DNA from: Sandaracinaceae bacterium
Lineage (GTDB): Bacteria; Myxococcota_A; Polyangia; Polyangiales; Sandaracinaceae
DNA length: 16,369 nucleotides
Direction: 5' to 3'
NCBI GenBank assembly: GCA_044220955.1
Contig: JBGAQA010000009.1
Span: forward strand, 103,164-119,532
The notes under the pieces: generated by a model
The model's database searches: none
Seen by the model: the letters and a program-made list of their open reading frames with translations, nothing else
What the model was told of the DNA's origin: nothing
Shown here: one piece after another, positions 1 to 9,102 of the stretch
How the letters are laid out: each line of letters opens with the position of its first letter
How positions within the stretch are numbered: position 1 is the first letter of the stretch
Program-made: the position numbers and the translations under genes

Positions 1-200
1 ACACCGTGACGACCGCGGCGCTCACGGTGCCGCACCACTTCGTGGCCATCATGGGCATGTCGGGTCCGCGCCTCTGGCGCATCCAGTGCGGCGCGCCGGA
101 GGAGATGTGGCCGGCGACTCGGGCCGCGTGCCTGCACGTGGTGCAGTCGTTCCGCGTGGGATCGCGAGGGAGCTCGACGGCGTCACCCCCGACGCGCTGA
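1..200 (+). CDS. 5'-truncated CDS; C-terminus resembles PsbP/DcrB-like proteins
   Basis: The frame is open from the window edge to TGA at 198-200 with GC-rich third positions. The tail LWRIQCGAPEEMWPATRAACLHVVQSFRV resembles the terminal strand-helix-'SFRV' pattern of the PsbP/DcrB-like fold (recognised by eye). Confidence 0.55.
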   Translation, partial: TVTTAALTVPHHFVAIMGMSGPRLWRIQCGAPEEMWPATRAACLHVVQSFRVGSRGSSTASPPTR

Positions 201-246
201 TCCTTCCCGGCCCCGCCCGCCACGCTCGCAGGCGACGAGCGGCCGC

Positions 247-1938
247 TCACGGTCGCAGGCGGTTCATCGTCGTCGGGTCGTGGGCGGCGAGCATCGCCGG
301 GACAAGCACACGGGCGTGGCCCGTGGCGTCGGTCGTGGCGCGGCCGACCATCACCGCGCGGCCGCCCGGCGCGATGGCGAACGCACGAACCTCCGCGCTT
401 CCGAGCGTGCCGCCGTCGAGCCACGTCACGTCGGCCTCGACGACCACGGGCGCGTCGATCTGCATCACGTCGGCGAGCGTCGCGGTCGAGCCGCCGATGC
501 CGTACTCGAGGACCACCGTCCACGGGAAGCCGCTGCCGTCCGGTGGCTCGACGACGACGTCGTAGACGCCCACGTCGAGGTCGAGGCGGAAGTCGCCCAT
601 GGGCCCCGAGAGCGCCGTGGCCGGGCGCGCGAGGCGCGCGACTTCGGGGTCGGTCAAGCCGGGCAGCGGGACGCCGAGCGGAGCGGCGCGTACGCGCGCA
701 TCGCGCACGAGGTCGCCGTCGGGCGACTGGACCGTGCCGCCGAGGACGGTGCGCAGCGGCAGGTGGAACACGTGACCGAGGATCTCCGAGGCTCCCGCGG
801 TCGGGCGCAGGTCGCGCTGCTCGCGGAGCACGCCCAGCGTGTCGTCGGAGGCGGCGGTGATCGACACGGTGTACGTGCCGGGGAGCACCTGGCCGTCGTA
901 GACCCCGGCGTCGTCCGTCGTGAGCGTCAGGTCGAGCGTACCGACGAGGCCGGTCCCCGCGTCGACGACGTCCTCCGAGTGCAGCTGCACGATCGCGCCC
1001 GCGACGGGCATCGCGCCGCGCGTCTCGGGGTACTCCACCGTCCCCGCCCAGTGCACGGCCGGCAGGCTCGCGGGCACGAGGATCGTCACGTTCCCCATCG
1101 CGTCGGGCAGCAGCACCTCGGGCTGCACACGGTAGGTCGGAACGACGCCCGTCGCCTGGCGCGTCGCGCTGGGCCGGACCACGAGATCGAATGGATACGT
1201 CGTCGGCGCGAGCGCGATCGAGAAGCGTCCCGCCTCGGCCCCCTCGCTCGTCGTCGCGACCGACGAGAGCTGCGTCCCGCTCGAACGGTCGACCGCGAGC
1301 ACGTCGAAGCCGGAGAGCGCACGGCCCTCGGGATCGACGAGCGCCCCGGCGACGTGCGCCTCACCCGTCGGCAGCACGACCTGCAGCGCGGTATCCGTCG
1401 CGCCCACCGTCAGGCGCGCGCGGAATGGCGGCACGGTCGCCCGGAACTCGGCCAGCGGCTCGACGAGCACGTCGTAGTCGCCGCGCGCCGGGAGCGACGT
1501 CGCGAAGTCCACGTCACCGGCGGAAGTCGTCCGCGTCGAGACCGAGCGCTGCGGGAGCGCGGTCGGACCCGCCGGCACGGGCGTGAACGTGAGCTGCGCG
1601 GCGACGGGCAGCCCGTCGCGTCGGACGGAGCCGCGCACCGACACCGGTCGCGGCACGACGAGCGAGATCGACCCAGAGAACGAGGTGTAGGGCCCGAGAT
1701 CGGTCGGCACCGTCGAGGCCGTCCCGTCGGCGGGTGGCGCGACCTCGAGCCAGAGGTCGTAGGGCAGCGCGGGCGCCTGCACGCACATCGCGGTCGCGGG
1801 CTCACAGCGCGCGCCGCCCGTGCAGTCGACGTCGCCCGCGCAGCGGTTCACCACGCGATGCGTGTTGTCGTCGATGATGAGCGAGCAGCCCGAGAGCGTG
1901 ATCGCGAGCACCACCAGCCGCGTGACCGTGCTCGTCAC
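247..1938 (-). CDS. Putative lipoprotein (~563 aa) with an N-terminal Cys-rich module and repeated carboxypeptidase-regulatory-like beta-sandwich domains
   Basis: Start reassigned to GTG 1938, which overlaps the upstream stop (GTGA) and has GAGGG upstream. Signal peptide MTSTVTRLVVLAITLSG-C ends in a lipobox. It is followed by CAGDVDCTGGARCEPATAMC and by repeated G-x-V...G...V...TDxxG-x-F/Y...PGxY-x-V motifs. Confidence 0.75.
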   Translation of the reverse strand: MTSTVTRLVVLAITLSGCSLIIDDNTHRVVNRCAGDVDCTGGARCEPATAMCVQAPALPYDLWLEVAPPADGTASTVPTDLGPYTSFSGSISLVVPRPVSVRGSVRRDGLPVAAQLTFTPVPAGPTALPQRSVSTRTTSAGDVDFATSLPARGDYDVLVEPLAEFRATVPPFRARLTVGATDTALQVVLPTGEAHVAGALVDPEGRALSGFDVLAVDRSSGTQLSSVATTSEGAEAGRFSIALAPTTYPFDLVVRPSATRQATGVVPTYRVQPEVLLPDAMGNVTILVPASLPAVHWAGTVEYPETRGAMPVAGAIVQLHSEDVVDAGTGLVGTLDLTLTTDDAGVYDGQVLPGTYTVSITAASDDTLGVLREQRDLRPTAGASEILGHVFHLPLRTVLGGTVQSPDGDLVRDARVRAAPLGVPLPGLTDPEVARLARPATALSGPMGDFRLDLDVGVYDVVVEPPDGSGFPWTVVLEYGIGGSTATLADVMQIDAPVVVEADVTWLDGGTLGSAEVRAFAIAPGGRAVMVGRATTDATGHARVLVPAMLAAHDPTTMNRLRP

Positions 1939-2552
1939 CGGCAGTCCCTCATGTCGACCGTCGTCCCGTCGCTCGAGGCGACCCACCACGTCGCGGAAGC
2001 GAGGTCACCGTCCTCGATCGGAGACTGACTTCCCGCGATGAACTGCCCGGACACCAGCAGCTCGACGCTGTGACAGCGGCTCGTCGCGAGCAGCGACCCG
2101 TCGACGTTGAACGTGAGTCGTCGCCGCGCCCGATCGCTCACGCGGGGCGAGGGGGAGAGGATCCCGTTCATGCCGACGCACGCCCGGCACGGGGCCCGAT
2201 CGACGAGCACCTGGAACTGGAGCGACTGATCGACGTCGGCGTCGAACACGACGACCTCGAACGTCTGGGTCGGGATCCGCTGCATCCCGGCGTCGTCGAT
2301 CGCGACCGGGACGAGCTGGAGCACCGCGTTGAGTGCGGGCATCGGGATCGGAGACGCGTCGTAGATCGCCGGCGGCGAGTTCGGAGGCTCGTCGAAGTGA
2401 ACGGGCTGGGTGATGATGCACCCGGAGAGCGTCACGGCAGTCGCCACGGAGACCAGGGACGGCCACGCAACTCGGGTGCCACGCCCGGGGTAGCCCCGAT
2501 CTGCGGCAGATCTCGGCCCCGACGGGGTGGGGGCGCCTCCGATCCGCGACAT
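1935..2552 (-). CDS. Putative lipoprotein, hypothetical (start uncertain: ATG 2552 or GTG 2447)
   Basis: Lipobox VTLSG-C followed by IITQPVHFDEPPNSPPAI, a beta-rich body and several Cys. The stop overlaps the next start. The part of the supplied ORF above 2590 overlaps the activator gene out of frame and is not real. Confidence 0.7.
   Translation of the reverse strand: MSRIGGAPTPSGPRSAADRGYPGRGTRVAWPSLVSVATAVTLSGCIITQPVHFDEPPNSPPAIYDASPIPMPALNAVLQLVPVAIDDAGMQRIPTQTFEVVVFDADVDQSLQFQVLVDRAPCRACVGMNGILSPSPRVSDRARRRLTFNVDGSLLATSRCHSVELLVSGQFIAGSQSPIEDGDLASATWWVASSDGTTVDMRDCR
2466..2481 (-). promoter_or_regulatory. Sigma54 (RpoN) -24/-12 promoter element
   Basis: The minus strand reads TGGCAC-CCGAG-TTGCG, matching TGGCAC-N5-TTGC with exactly 10 nt between GG and GC. 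It lies about 110 nt downstream of a sigma54 activator gene. Confidence 0.7.
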
Positions 2553-2590
2553 CCTTGTCGCGCGGTCCGGATACCTCTCTCTGCGCAGCA

Positions 2591-4429
<1,839 letters not shown>

Positions 4430-4503
4430 GACGGAAGCGTAGCGCGCACGCCGCGCGCGCGCCGAGAGATCGACGCGCGGCGGTCATGCGAGGGCGTGGC
4501 GGT

Positions 4504-4989
4504 TCAGCGCTTCTTCTTGGCGGCCTTCTTGGGGGCGGCCTTCTTGGCGGCCTTCTTGGGGGCGGCCTTCTTGGCGGCCTTCTTGGGCGCGGCCGCCTTC
4601 TTCGCGGGCGGCGGCGCCGCCTGCGCCTTGCCTGGCTCCCAGAGGCCGATCGCAGCGCCGGTGGGATCGAAGAAGCCGCCGATCGCGCCCATGTCGCCCA
4701 GCGAGACGTACTCGTAGTCCGGGATCGGGGTGCCGCCCGCGGCCTTGGCCGAGGCCTGCGCCGCCTTGACCGACTTCACGGAGATGTACGGCATCCACGC
4801 GGTGGGCTGGTCCGGCTTCATCTTGGCGGTGATGCCGCCGCCGCCGTTGCCCGTGCGGAACATGTGGTAGGGCGGCCCGCCGCCCGGCGACGGCATCGGC
4901 GCGATCTTCCAGCCGAAGACCTTCGAATAGAACGCGATCGCCTTCTCCGGATCGTCGGTGCTCAGCTCGATGTGGTCACACTGATTCAT
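4504..4989 (-). CDS. VOC (glyoxalase/bleomycin-resistance superfamily) protein with a Lys/Ala/Pro-rich histone H1-like C-terminal tail
   Basis: HIELSTDDPEKAIAFYSKVFGW, GGGI, WMPYISV and FFDPTGAAIGLWE are VOC motifs. GAGGAG lies 9-10 nt before ATG 4989, supporting this start. The tail is (AAPKKAAKK)x3 followed by KR. Confidence 0.9.
   Translation of the reverse strand: MNQCDHIELSTDDPEKAIAFYSKVFGWKIAPMPSPGGGPPYHMFRTGNGGGGITAKMKPDQPTAWMPYISVKSVKAAQASAKAAGGTPIPDYEYVSLGDMGAIGGFFDPTGAAIGLWEPGKAQAAPPPAKKAAAPKKAAKKAAPKKAAKKAAPKKAAKKKR
4514..4594. repeat. Coding tandem repeat, 3 x 27 bp
   Basis: TTCTTGGCGGCCTTCTTGGGGGCGGCC occurs at 4514-4540 and 4541-4567 (identical) and at 4568-4594 (one mismatch). 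It encodes AAPKKAAKK on the minus strand. Confidence 0.95.
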
Positions 4990-5043
4990 GGGATGGGTCT
5001 CCTCGGCTCGCACGCCTGGCGAGCAGCGGGCGACTCTATCCGA

Positions 5044-5532
5044 TCAGCGGGTGAACAAGCGCGTGAGCCACGCGAAGGGCCCGGCGCCGCGGGGCACGCG
5101 CCTCCGCTCCAGCGGAAACGCGAGGGCCTTGTCGGACGAGGCCGGCACGCGCGGCAGGCTCCGGTCGGCGCTCTCGAGGCGCAGCGGCCGAAGCGGCTCC
5201 GGCACGGTCGGCCGCGAATCGCTCGGGACGGCGGCCGCCGCTCGCTGATCGTAGCTGAGGGTCTGGTCGCGCCGTTTGCCCGGCGGGCTCGACCCGCGCA
5301 GCGGCAGCGCGTCGTAGGCGAGCTCAAGGACGAGCTTCGGCACGCCGCCCTCGAGCGCCACGTTCACGCGCGCGATCCGCCCGGTGCGGCCCTCCTCGTC
5401 GGCCACCTCGGTGCCGATCGCGAGGAAGGGCAGCCGCTGCTCGAGCGTCGCGCGCTGCGCCTGTCGCTCGGCGACGCGCAGCGCGACGCGCGGACCGACG
5501 CCGGAGATCGAGAGCCGCGTGGTGCCGTGCAT
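5044..5532 (-). CDS. Hypothetical protein (162 aa): small beta-rich domain plus Pro/Arg-rich tail
   Basis: Fills the gap between two minus-strand genes with GC-biased third positions. The N-terminal half looks structured (LPFLAIGTEV...GRIARVNVALEGGVPKLVLELAY). Confidence 0.65.
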   Translation of the reverse strand: MHGTTRLSISGVGPRVALRVAERQAQRATLEQRLPFLAIGTEVADEEGRTGRIARVNVALEGGVPKLVLELAYDALPLRGSSPPGKRRDQTLSYDQRAAAAVPSDSRPTVPEPLRPLRLESADRSLPRVPASSDKALAFPLERRRVPRGAGPFAWLTRLFTR

Positions 5533-5539
5533 GGAGCCG

Positions 5540-5569
5540 AACCTGCGCGCGCCGGGTGAATCCGGTCAA
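5540..5569 (-). promoter_or_regulatory. Candidate sigma70-type promoter for a leaderless transcript
   Basis: The minus strand reads TTGACC-18 nt-CAGGTT-7 nt-ATG(5532), with no Shine-Dalgarno sequence. Confidence 0.35.
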
Positions 5570-5612
5570 GAAACGCGCGGCGCCTTCGACGACGAGGATC
5601 ATCCGACGCGGG

Positions 5613-6773
5613 TCAGCGCGCGACGAACGCGAGGCGCTCGCCGCGGGTCGCGTCACCGTCGAGGGCGTAGTAGCGGAGCTGCCCGCCGAGCTCGCCGTTC
5701 ACGAAGGCGGCGAGCTTCTCGGCGTCCGCCTCGATCGCCTGGGTCGTCGCGCGCGGGAGCTTGACGGCGGGCGCGCCGCTCGCGGTCCGAAGGACGTCCC
5801 ACACGACCCGCCCCTTCTCCTCGTCCCACTCCCAGAAGCCGACGACCTCGGCGCCCGCGTGGACCGTGTGCTGGTGCAGCGTCGGCAGCTCGCCGAGCGG
5901 GCGCCTCTCGTTCGACCACGAGAGCGCGATCGCCGACGCGTGGCGCGTCAGGTCGGTCGGCGTGAGCAGCGCCGTGAAGGGATCGCGGAACGGGAGCAGC
6001 TGCGGCGGCACCGCGGAGGGCCGCAGCTTCTTGGGCGCCTTGGCCTTCACCGCGAGGTCGCGCGCGAGCTTGACGCCGATGCCGGCGAACGCCGCCAGGT
6101 GGGCCGGATCCACGGGACCGTGCCACGCGCCGAAGCGCTGCGTGAGCCCTTCGAGCGCGGCCGCCTCGTGCGTCGCACCCAGCGCCTTGTGACGGTCGCT
6201 CTTCTCGTAGACGTGCTCACCGCCGAGCAGCGCCTCCTTCTTCAGCCGCCGTGAGACGAGCCCGCGCCCCTCGAGCCAGGCGAGCGCGACCGCCAGCGTC
6301 GTCGCGAGCGCCTTGGCCCGGCCCGGGACGCCGAGGTCGCGGATCTTGGCCCTGGCGCCGATGGCCGTGGCGATCTCGCTCGCGGCGAGCGTCTTCTTCT
6401 CCAGCGCGCGCAGGATGGGCCCCTCGAGGTCCATGAGCTCGCGCCGCGCGAGCTTCGCCGTCTTGTTGAGCGGCATCAGCACGTCGCGCTCGAACGCCGC
6501 GGCGCCGAGCGTCAGCGCGATCGTCACGTCGTCCGCCGGCACGAGCATCGCGGTCCGGCGGACGGTCACGACCTCGGCGATCGCGCCGTCCTCGAGCGCC
6601 TTGCCGATCGCCTTCGGGCCGATGCCGGCGCGCCGCCAGATCGACGTGCATGCCAGGGCGCCGCCGGCGCTCGGCACCCAGCCGATCTTGGCGAGCACTT
6701 CCGCCGGAGCTTGCTTCACGACCTTCGTGAGCCCCTGCCTGCTCGCACGCTCGGCCAGTCTCGCCTCGTCCAT
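5613..6773 (-). CDS. AlkZ/YcaQ-like (HTH_42) winged-helix DNA glycosylase family protein (~386 aa)
   Basis: Family-like motifs occur in the expected order: RQGL, SIWRR, TVRRTAMLVPADD (cf. MRGTLHLV), FGAWHGP, LAAFAGI, LLPFRDPF (cf. LLPxFD), GAEVVGFWE (cf. DGRVVGTW). Start is ATG 6773 (alternative 6788). The upstream part of the supplied ORF overlaps bamD out of frame. Confidence 0.75.
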   Translation of the reverse strand: MDEARLAERASRQGLTKVVKQAPAEVLAKIGWVPSAGGALACTSIWRRAGIGPKAIGKALEDGAIAEVVTVRRTAMLVPADDVTIALTLGAAAFERDVLMPLNKTAKLARRELMDLEGPILRALEKKTLAASEIATAIGARAKIRDLGVPGRAKALATTLAVALAWLEGRGLVSRRLKKEALLGGEHVYEKSDRHKALGATHEAAALEGLTQRFGAWHGPVDPAHLAAFAGIGVKLARDLAVKAKAPKKLRPSAVPPQLLPFRDPFTALLTPTDLTRHASAIALSWSNERRPLGELPTLHQHTVHAGAEVVGFWEWDEEKGRVVWDVLRTASGAPAVKLPRATTQAIEADAEKLAAFVNGELGGQLRYYALDGDATRGERLAFVAR

Positions 6774-6871
6774 CGGACCGGGGAGCATCGCTCGAAATCG
6801 ATCGTTCTGGCGAGGGGTGTCTTGACCTCGGCGCGTGATCGGCGAGGCGAGCTCCGGTGGACGGCAGGATC

Positions 6872-7948
6872 TCAATAAGGCATGCCGGAGCCGCCGCTCC
6901 CGCTGCCCATGCCCATGCCGGTGCCGCCGGTGCCACCACCGCCGGGCGGAGGCGCCTGCTGCTGCGCGGCGGCCGCGGCCTCGCGGCGTGCCATGTCGGC
7001 GAGGTCGGCCTCTTCCTCGAGGCGCTCGCGCTCGCGGCGCTCCTGCTCGCGCTCCTCGAGCTCTTCGTCGGTGAGATCCTCCTCGCCGTCGATCACCTCG
7101 GTCTCGTCGTCCTCGGTGTCCGTGGTGTCCTCGGGGGCGACGTCGACGCCGGGGGCGGCGCCCATCATCGCGAGGTAAGCGCGTGCCTGCACGGCGACGC
7201 CGCTCTCGGGATACGCCTCGGAGAGCTCCTCGAACGCGCGTCGCGCGTGGGCCTGCTCGCTCATGTGGAGGTAGGTGCGACCCATGAGCAGGAGCGCCTG
7301 CGGCTCGAGGCCGCTGCCCTCGTAGTCCTCGAGCAGGCGCTCGAGGCGGCCGATCGTCGCGCGCGGCCGGTCGCGGAGCAGGTAGAAGTCGGCGACGTAG
7401 AGCTCGTGGCGCGCGGCTAGCAGCTGCAGGATCTGCGTCTGCATCACCTCGGCGTCGTGCACGTGCTCGCTCTCGGGGTAGTCGCGCAGGAAGCGCTGGA
7501 GCACGCGGAGCGCCGAGCGCGTGGGCGCCTGGTCCCGCTCTTCCCGCGGCGGCGAGAGGAAGAAGTCCTGGGGCACCTGCCGGAAGTACGCGCCGGCGAT
7601 CTGGAAGTTCGCGTAGTCGATCTCGGCGTGCGTCGGACGGGCGCGGATGAACGCACGGTAGCGGCGGATCGCCTCGGTGTAGTGCGCCTGCTGCAGCTCG
7701 CAGTCGGCCGCGCGCAGCTCGGCGAGCGCGGCGTAGCGGCTGTAGCTGTACTCGCGGACGATGTTGTTGAAGAGCGGCTCGGCCGTCAGGCAGTCGTGGT
7801 CGTTGAACGCCCGCAGCGCCCGGTCGTAGTCGCGGCGCGCGCTCTCGCCGTAGGTCAGCGTGGCCGTGGACTGTGCGGCTCCGCAGCCTCCGGCGAGGAC
7901 CGGGAGCGCGAGCACGCAGCAGAGAAAGAAGGCCGACCCGGGACGCAC
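6872..7948 (-). CDS. bamD: Outer membrane protein assembly factor BamD (TPR lipoprotein) with a long acidic and Gly-rich C-terminal extension
   Basis: Lipobox LAGG-C; YSYSRYAALAELRAAD, FIRARPTHAEIDYANF, ERDQAPTRSAL, FLRDYPESE and LAARHELYVADFY are typical of BamD. Start reassigned to GTG 7948 to give a normal-length signal peptide; the track start is 8008. Confidence 0.9.
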   Translation of the reverse strand: MRPGSAFFLCCVLALPVLAGGCGAAQSTATLTYGESARRDYDRALRAFNDHDCLTAEPLFNNIVREYSYSRYAALAELRAADCELQQAHYTEAIRRYRAFIRARPTHAEIDYANFQIAGAYFRQVPQDFFLSPPREERDQAPTRSALRVLQRFLRDYPESEHVHDAEVMQTQILQLLAARHELYVADFYLLRDRPRATIGRLERLLEDYEGSGLEPQALLLMGRTYLHMSEQAHARRAFEELSEAYPESGVAVQARAYLAMMGAAPGVDVAPEDTTDTEDDETEVIDGEEDLTDEELEEREQERRERERLEEEADLADMARREAAAAAQQQAPPPGGGGTGGTGMGMGSGSGGSGMPY

Positions 7949-8050
7949 GAGCGCGCAAGCTAGGACAACGCGCACCGGGACGCCAGATGGCGCTTTGCGC
8001 GACGGCACTTTGGGGGCTACCTCTCGGCCCTCTTTTTCCCCTGGCAGGCC

Positions 8051-8305
8051 ATGGACCTCGAGACCGAGATCAAGGAGCTCATCATCGAGTCGCTCATGCT
8101 CGACGACGTCACCGTCGAGGGCATCGACTCCAACGCGCCGCTCTTCGTGACGGGCCTCGGGCTCGACTCGATCGATGCGCTCGAGCTCGCCATGGCGATC
8201 GACAAGAAGTTCGGCGTCCGCATCCGCGCCGACGACGAGGCGAACAAGCAGATCTTCGCCAACGTGAAGAACCTCGCCGCGTACGTCGCCGCCAACCGCA
8301 AGTAG
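8051..8305 (+). CDS. Acyl carrier protein, aryl polyene/xanthomonadin-cluster type (ApeE-like)
   Basis: Acidic 84-aa protein with PLFVTGLGLDSIDALEL containing the phosphopantetheine Ser. The LGLDSIDALEL variant is typical of APE-type ACPs rather than housekeeping AcpP (GADSLD). Confidence 0.93.
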   Translation: MDLETEIKELIIESLMLDDVTVEGIDSNAPLFVTGLGLDSIDALELAMAIDKKFGVRIRADDEANKQIFANVKNLAAYVAANRK

Positions 8306-8316
8306 ACTGCCTCCGC

Positions 8317-8979
8317 GTGAGCGCGGAGAGACCCAGCAAGGCCGACGTCGTCCTGGCGATCGTGAACGCGGTCGCGGCGCTCGCGTATCCGGTCGTCGTG
8401 TGGATCGGTCTCACCACGCTCGGAACGCGCGCCGTGAGCGTGCTGGTGCTCGCGCTGCTGGTGCCGATGCTGGCGATCCGGCTGCGCAAGGCGGATCGCG
8501 CGACGTTCTGGTCGATCGTGCGCGTGCCCGTCGCGATCCTCGTGCTCGTCGTCGTCGGGGCCGTGACCGAGGACGCGCGCTTCGTGCTCGCGATGCCGGT
8601 GGTGATCAACGTCGTCTTGCTCGCGACCTTCGGCGAGACGCTGCGCGCGGGGCAGACGCCGATGATCGAGCGCTTCGCGCGGCTCGTCGAGAAGGAGCTG
8701 AGCGACGACAAGCGCGCGCACTGCCGGGCGTGGACCCTCCGCTGGTGCGCGTTCTTCGGGCTGAACGCGCTCGTGGCGCTGGGCCTCGGCCTCTTCTCGT
8801 CGCCCTTCGCGTGGGCCGCGTACAACGGCGGGATCGCGTACGCGCTGATCGGCGTGATGTTCGCCCTCGAGTACGTCTCGCGAAAGGCGCGCTTCCGGGA
8901 CGACGCGCCGCGCAACCCGCTGGATCGGCTCATGGCGCGCGTCTTTCCGCCACGCGACCGAGATGGCCGCCGCCTCTGA
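8317..8979 (+). CDS. COG4648-like inner membrane protein (ApeG-like, ~220 aa)
   Basis: GTG start 11 nt after the ACP stop and multiple TM segments. Motifs YPVVVWIGL, PVVINVVLLATFGETL, PMIERFARL, HCRAWTLRWCAFF, WAAYNGGIAY and FALEY match the membrane protein found beside ACPs in aryl polyene clusters. Confidence 0.85.
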   Translation: MSAERPSKADVVLAIVNAVAALAYPVVVWIGLTTLGTRAVSVLVLALLVPMLAIRLRKADRATFWSIVRVPVAILVLVVVGAVTEDARFVLAMPVVINVVLLATFGETLRAGQTPMIERFARLVEKELSDDKRAHCRAWTLRWCAFFGLNALVALGLGLFSSPFAWAAYNGGIAYALIGVMFALEYVSRKARFRDDAPRNPLDRLMARVFPPRDRDGRRL

Positions 8980-8997
8980 GTCGACGACGAGGCCGGT

Positions 8998-9062
8998 GCG
9001 CGCGACGAGCGGTGTGAGCGGTCGCGCGCCGAGTCGCTGAGGGGGTGAGACGCATCCGTCTC
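8998..9062. terminator. Two hairpins between convergent genes (possible bidirectional terminator)
   Basis: GCGCGCGAC (8998-9006) pairs with GTCGCGCGC (9021-9029), and GAGACG-CATC-CGTCTC lies at 9047-9062. There is no U-tract. Confidence 0.35.
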
Positions 9063-9102
9063 CGCCGCCGCGTCGAGGTGCCCGCCCAGGGCCCCTGCAA
9101 TC

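Noticed and set aside
223..241. CGCTCG/CGAGCG inverted repeat between convergent genes
   Set aside because: Only a 6-bp stem without a U-tract; expected by chance at this GC content.
280..2028. 582-aa plus-strand ORF
   Set aside because: Antisense shadow of the lipoprotein gene, with Arg/Gly/His-rich non-protein-like composition.
4514..4594. 27-bp repeats as a possible CRISPR array
   Set aside because: The copies are directly adjacent with no spacers, lie in frame in a coding tail, and no cas genes are present.
6789..7958. N-terminal ~390 aa of the 781-aa ORF, suggesting a large fusion protein
   Set aside because: Out-of-frame overlap with bamD and Arg/Ala/Pro-rich translation; the AlkZ-like protein begins at 6773 or 6788.
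8003..8018. Possible sigma54 promoter upstream of the ACP (CGGCAC-TTTGG-GGGCT)
   Set aside because: The GG-N10-GC spacing is right, but the -12 box lacks TTGC; too weak in GC-rich DNA.
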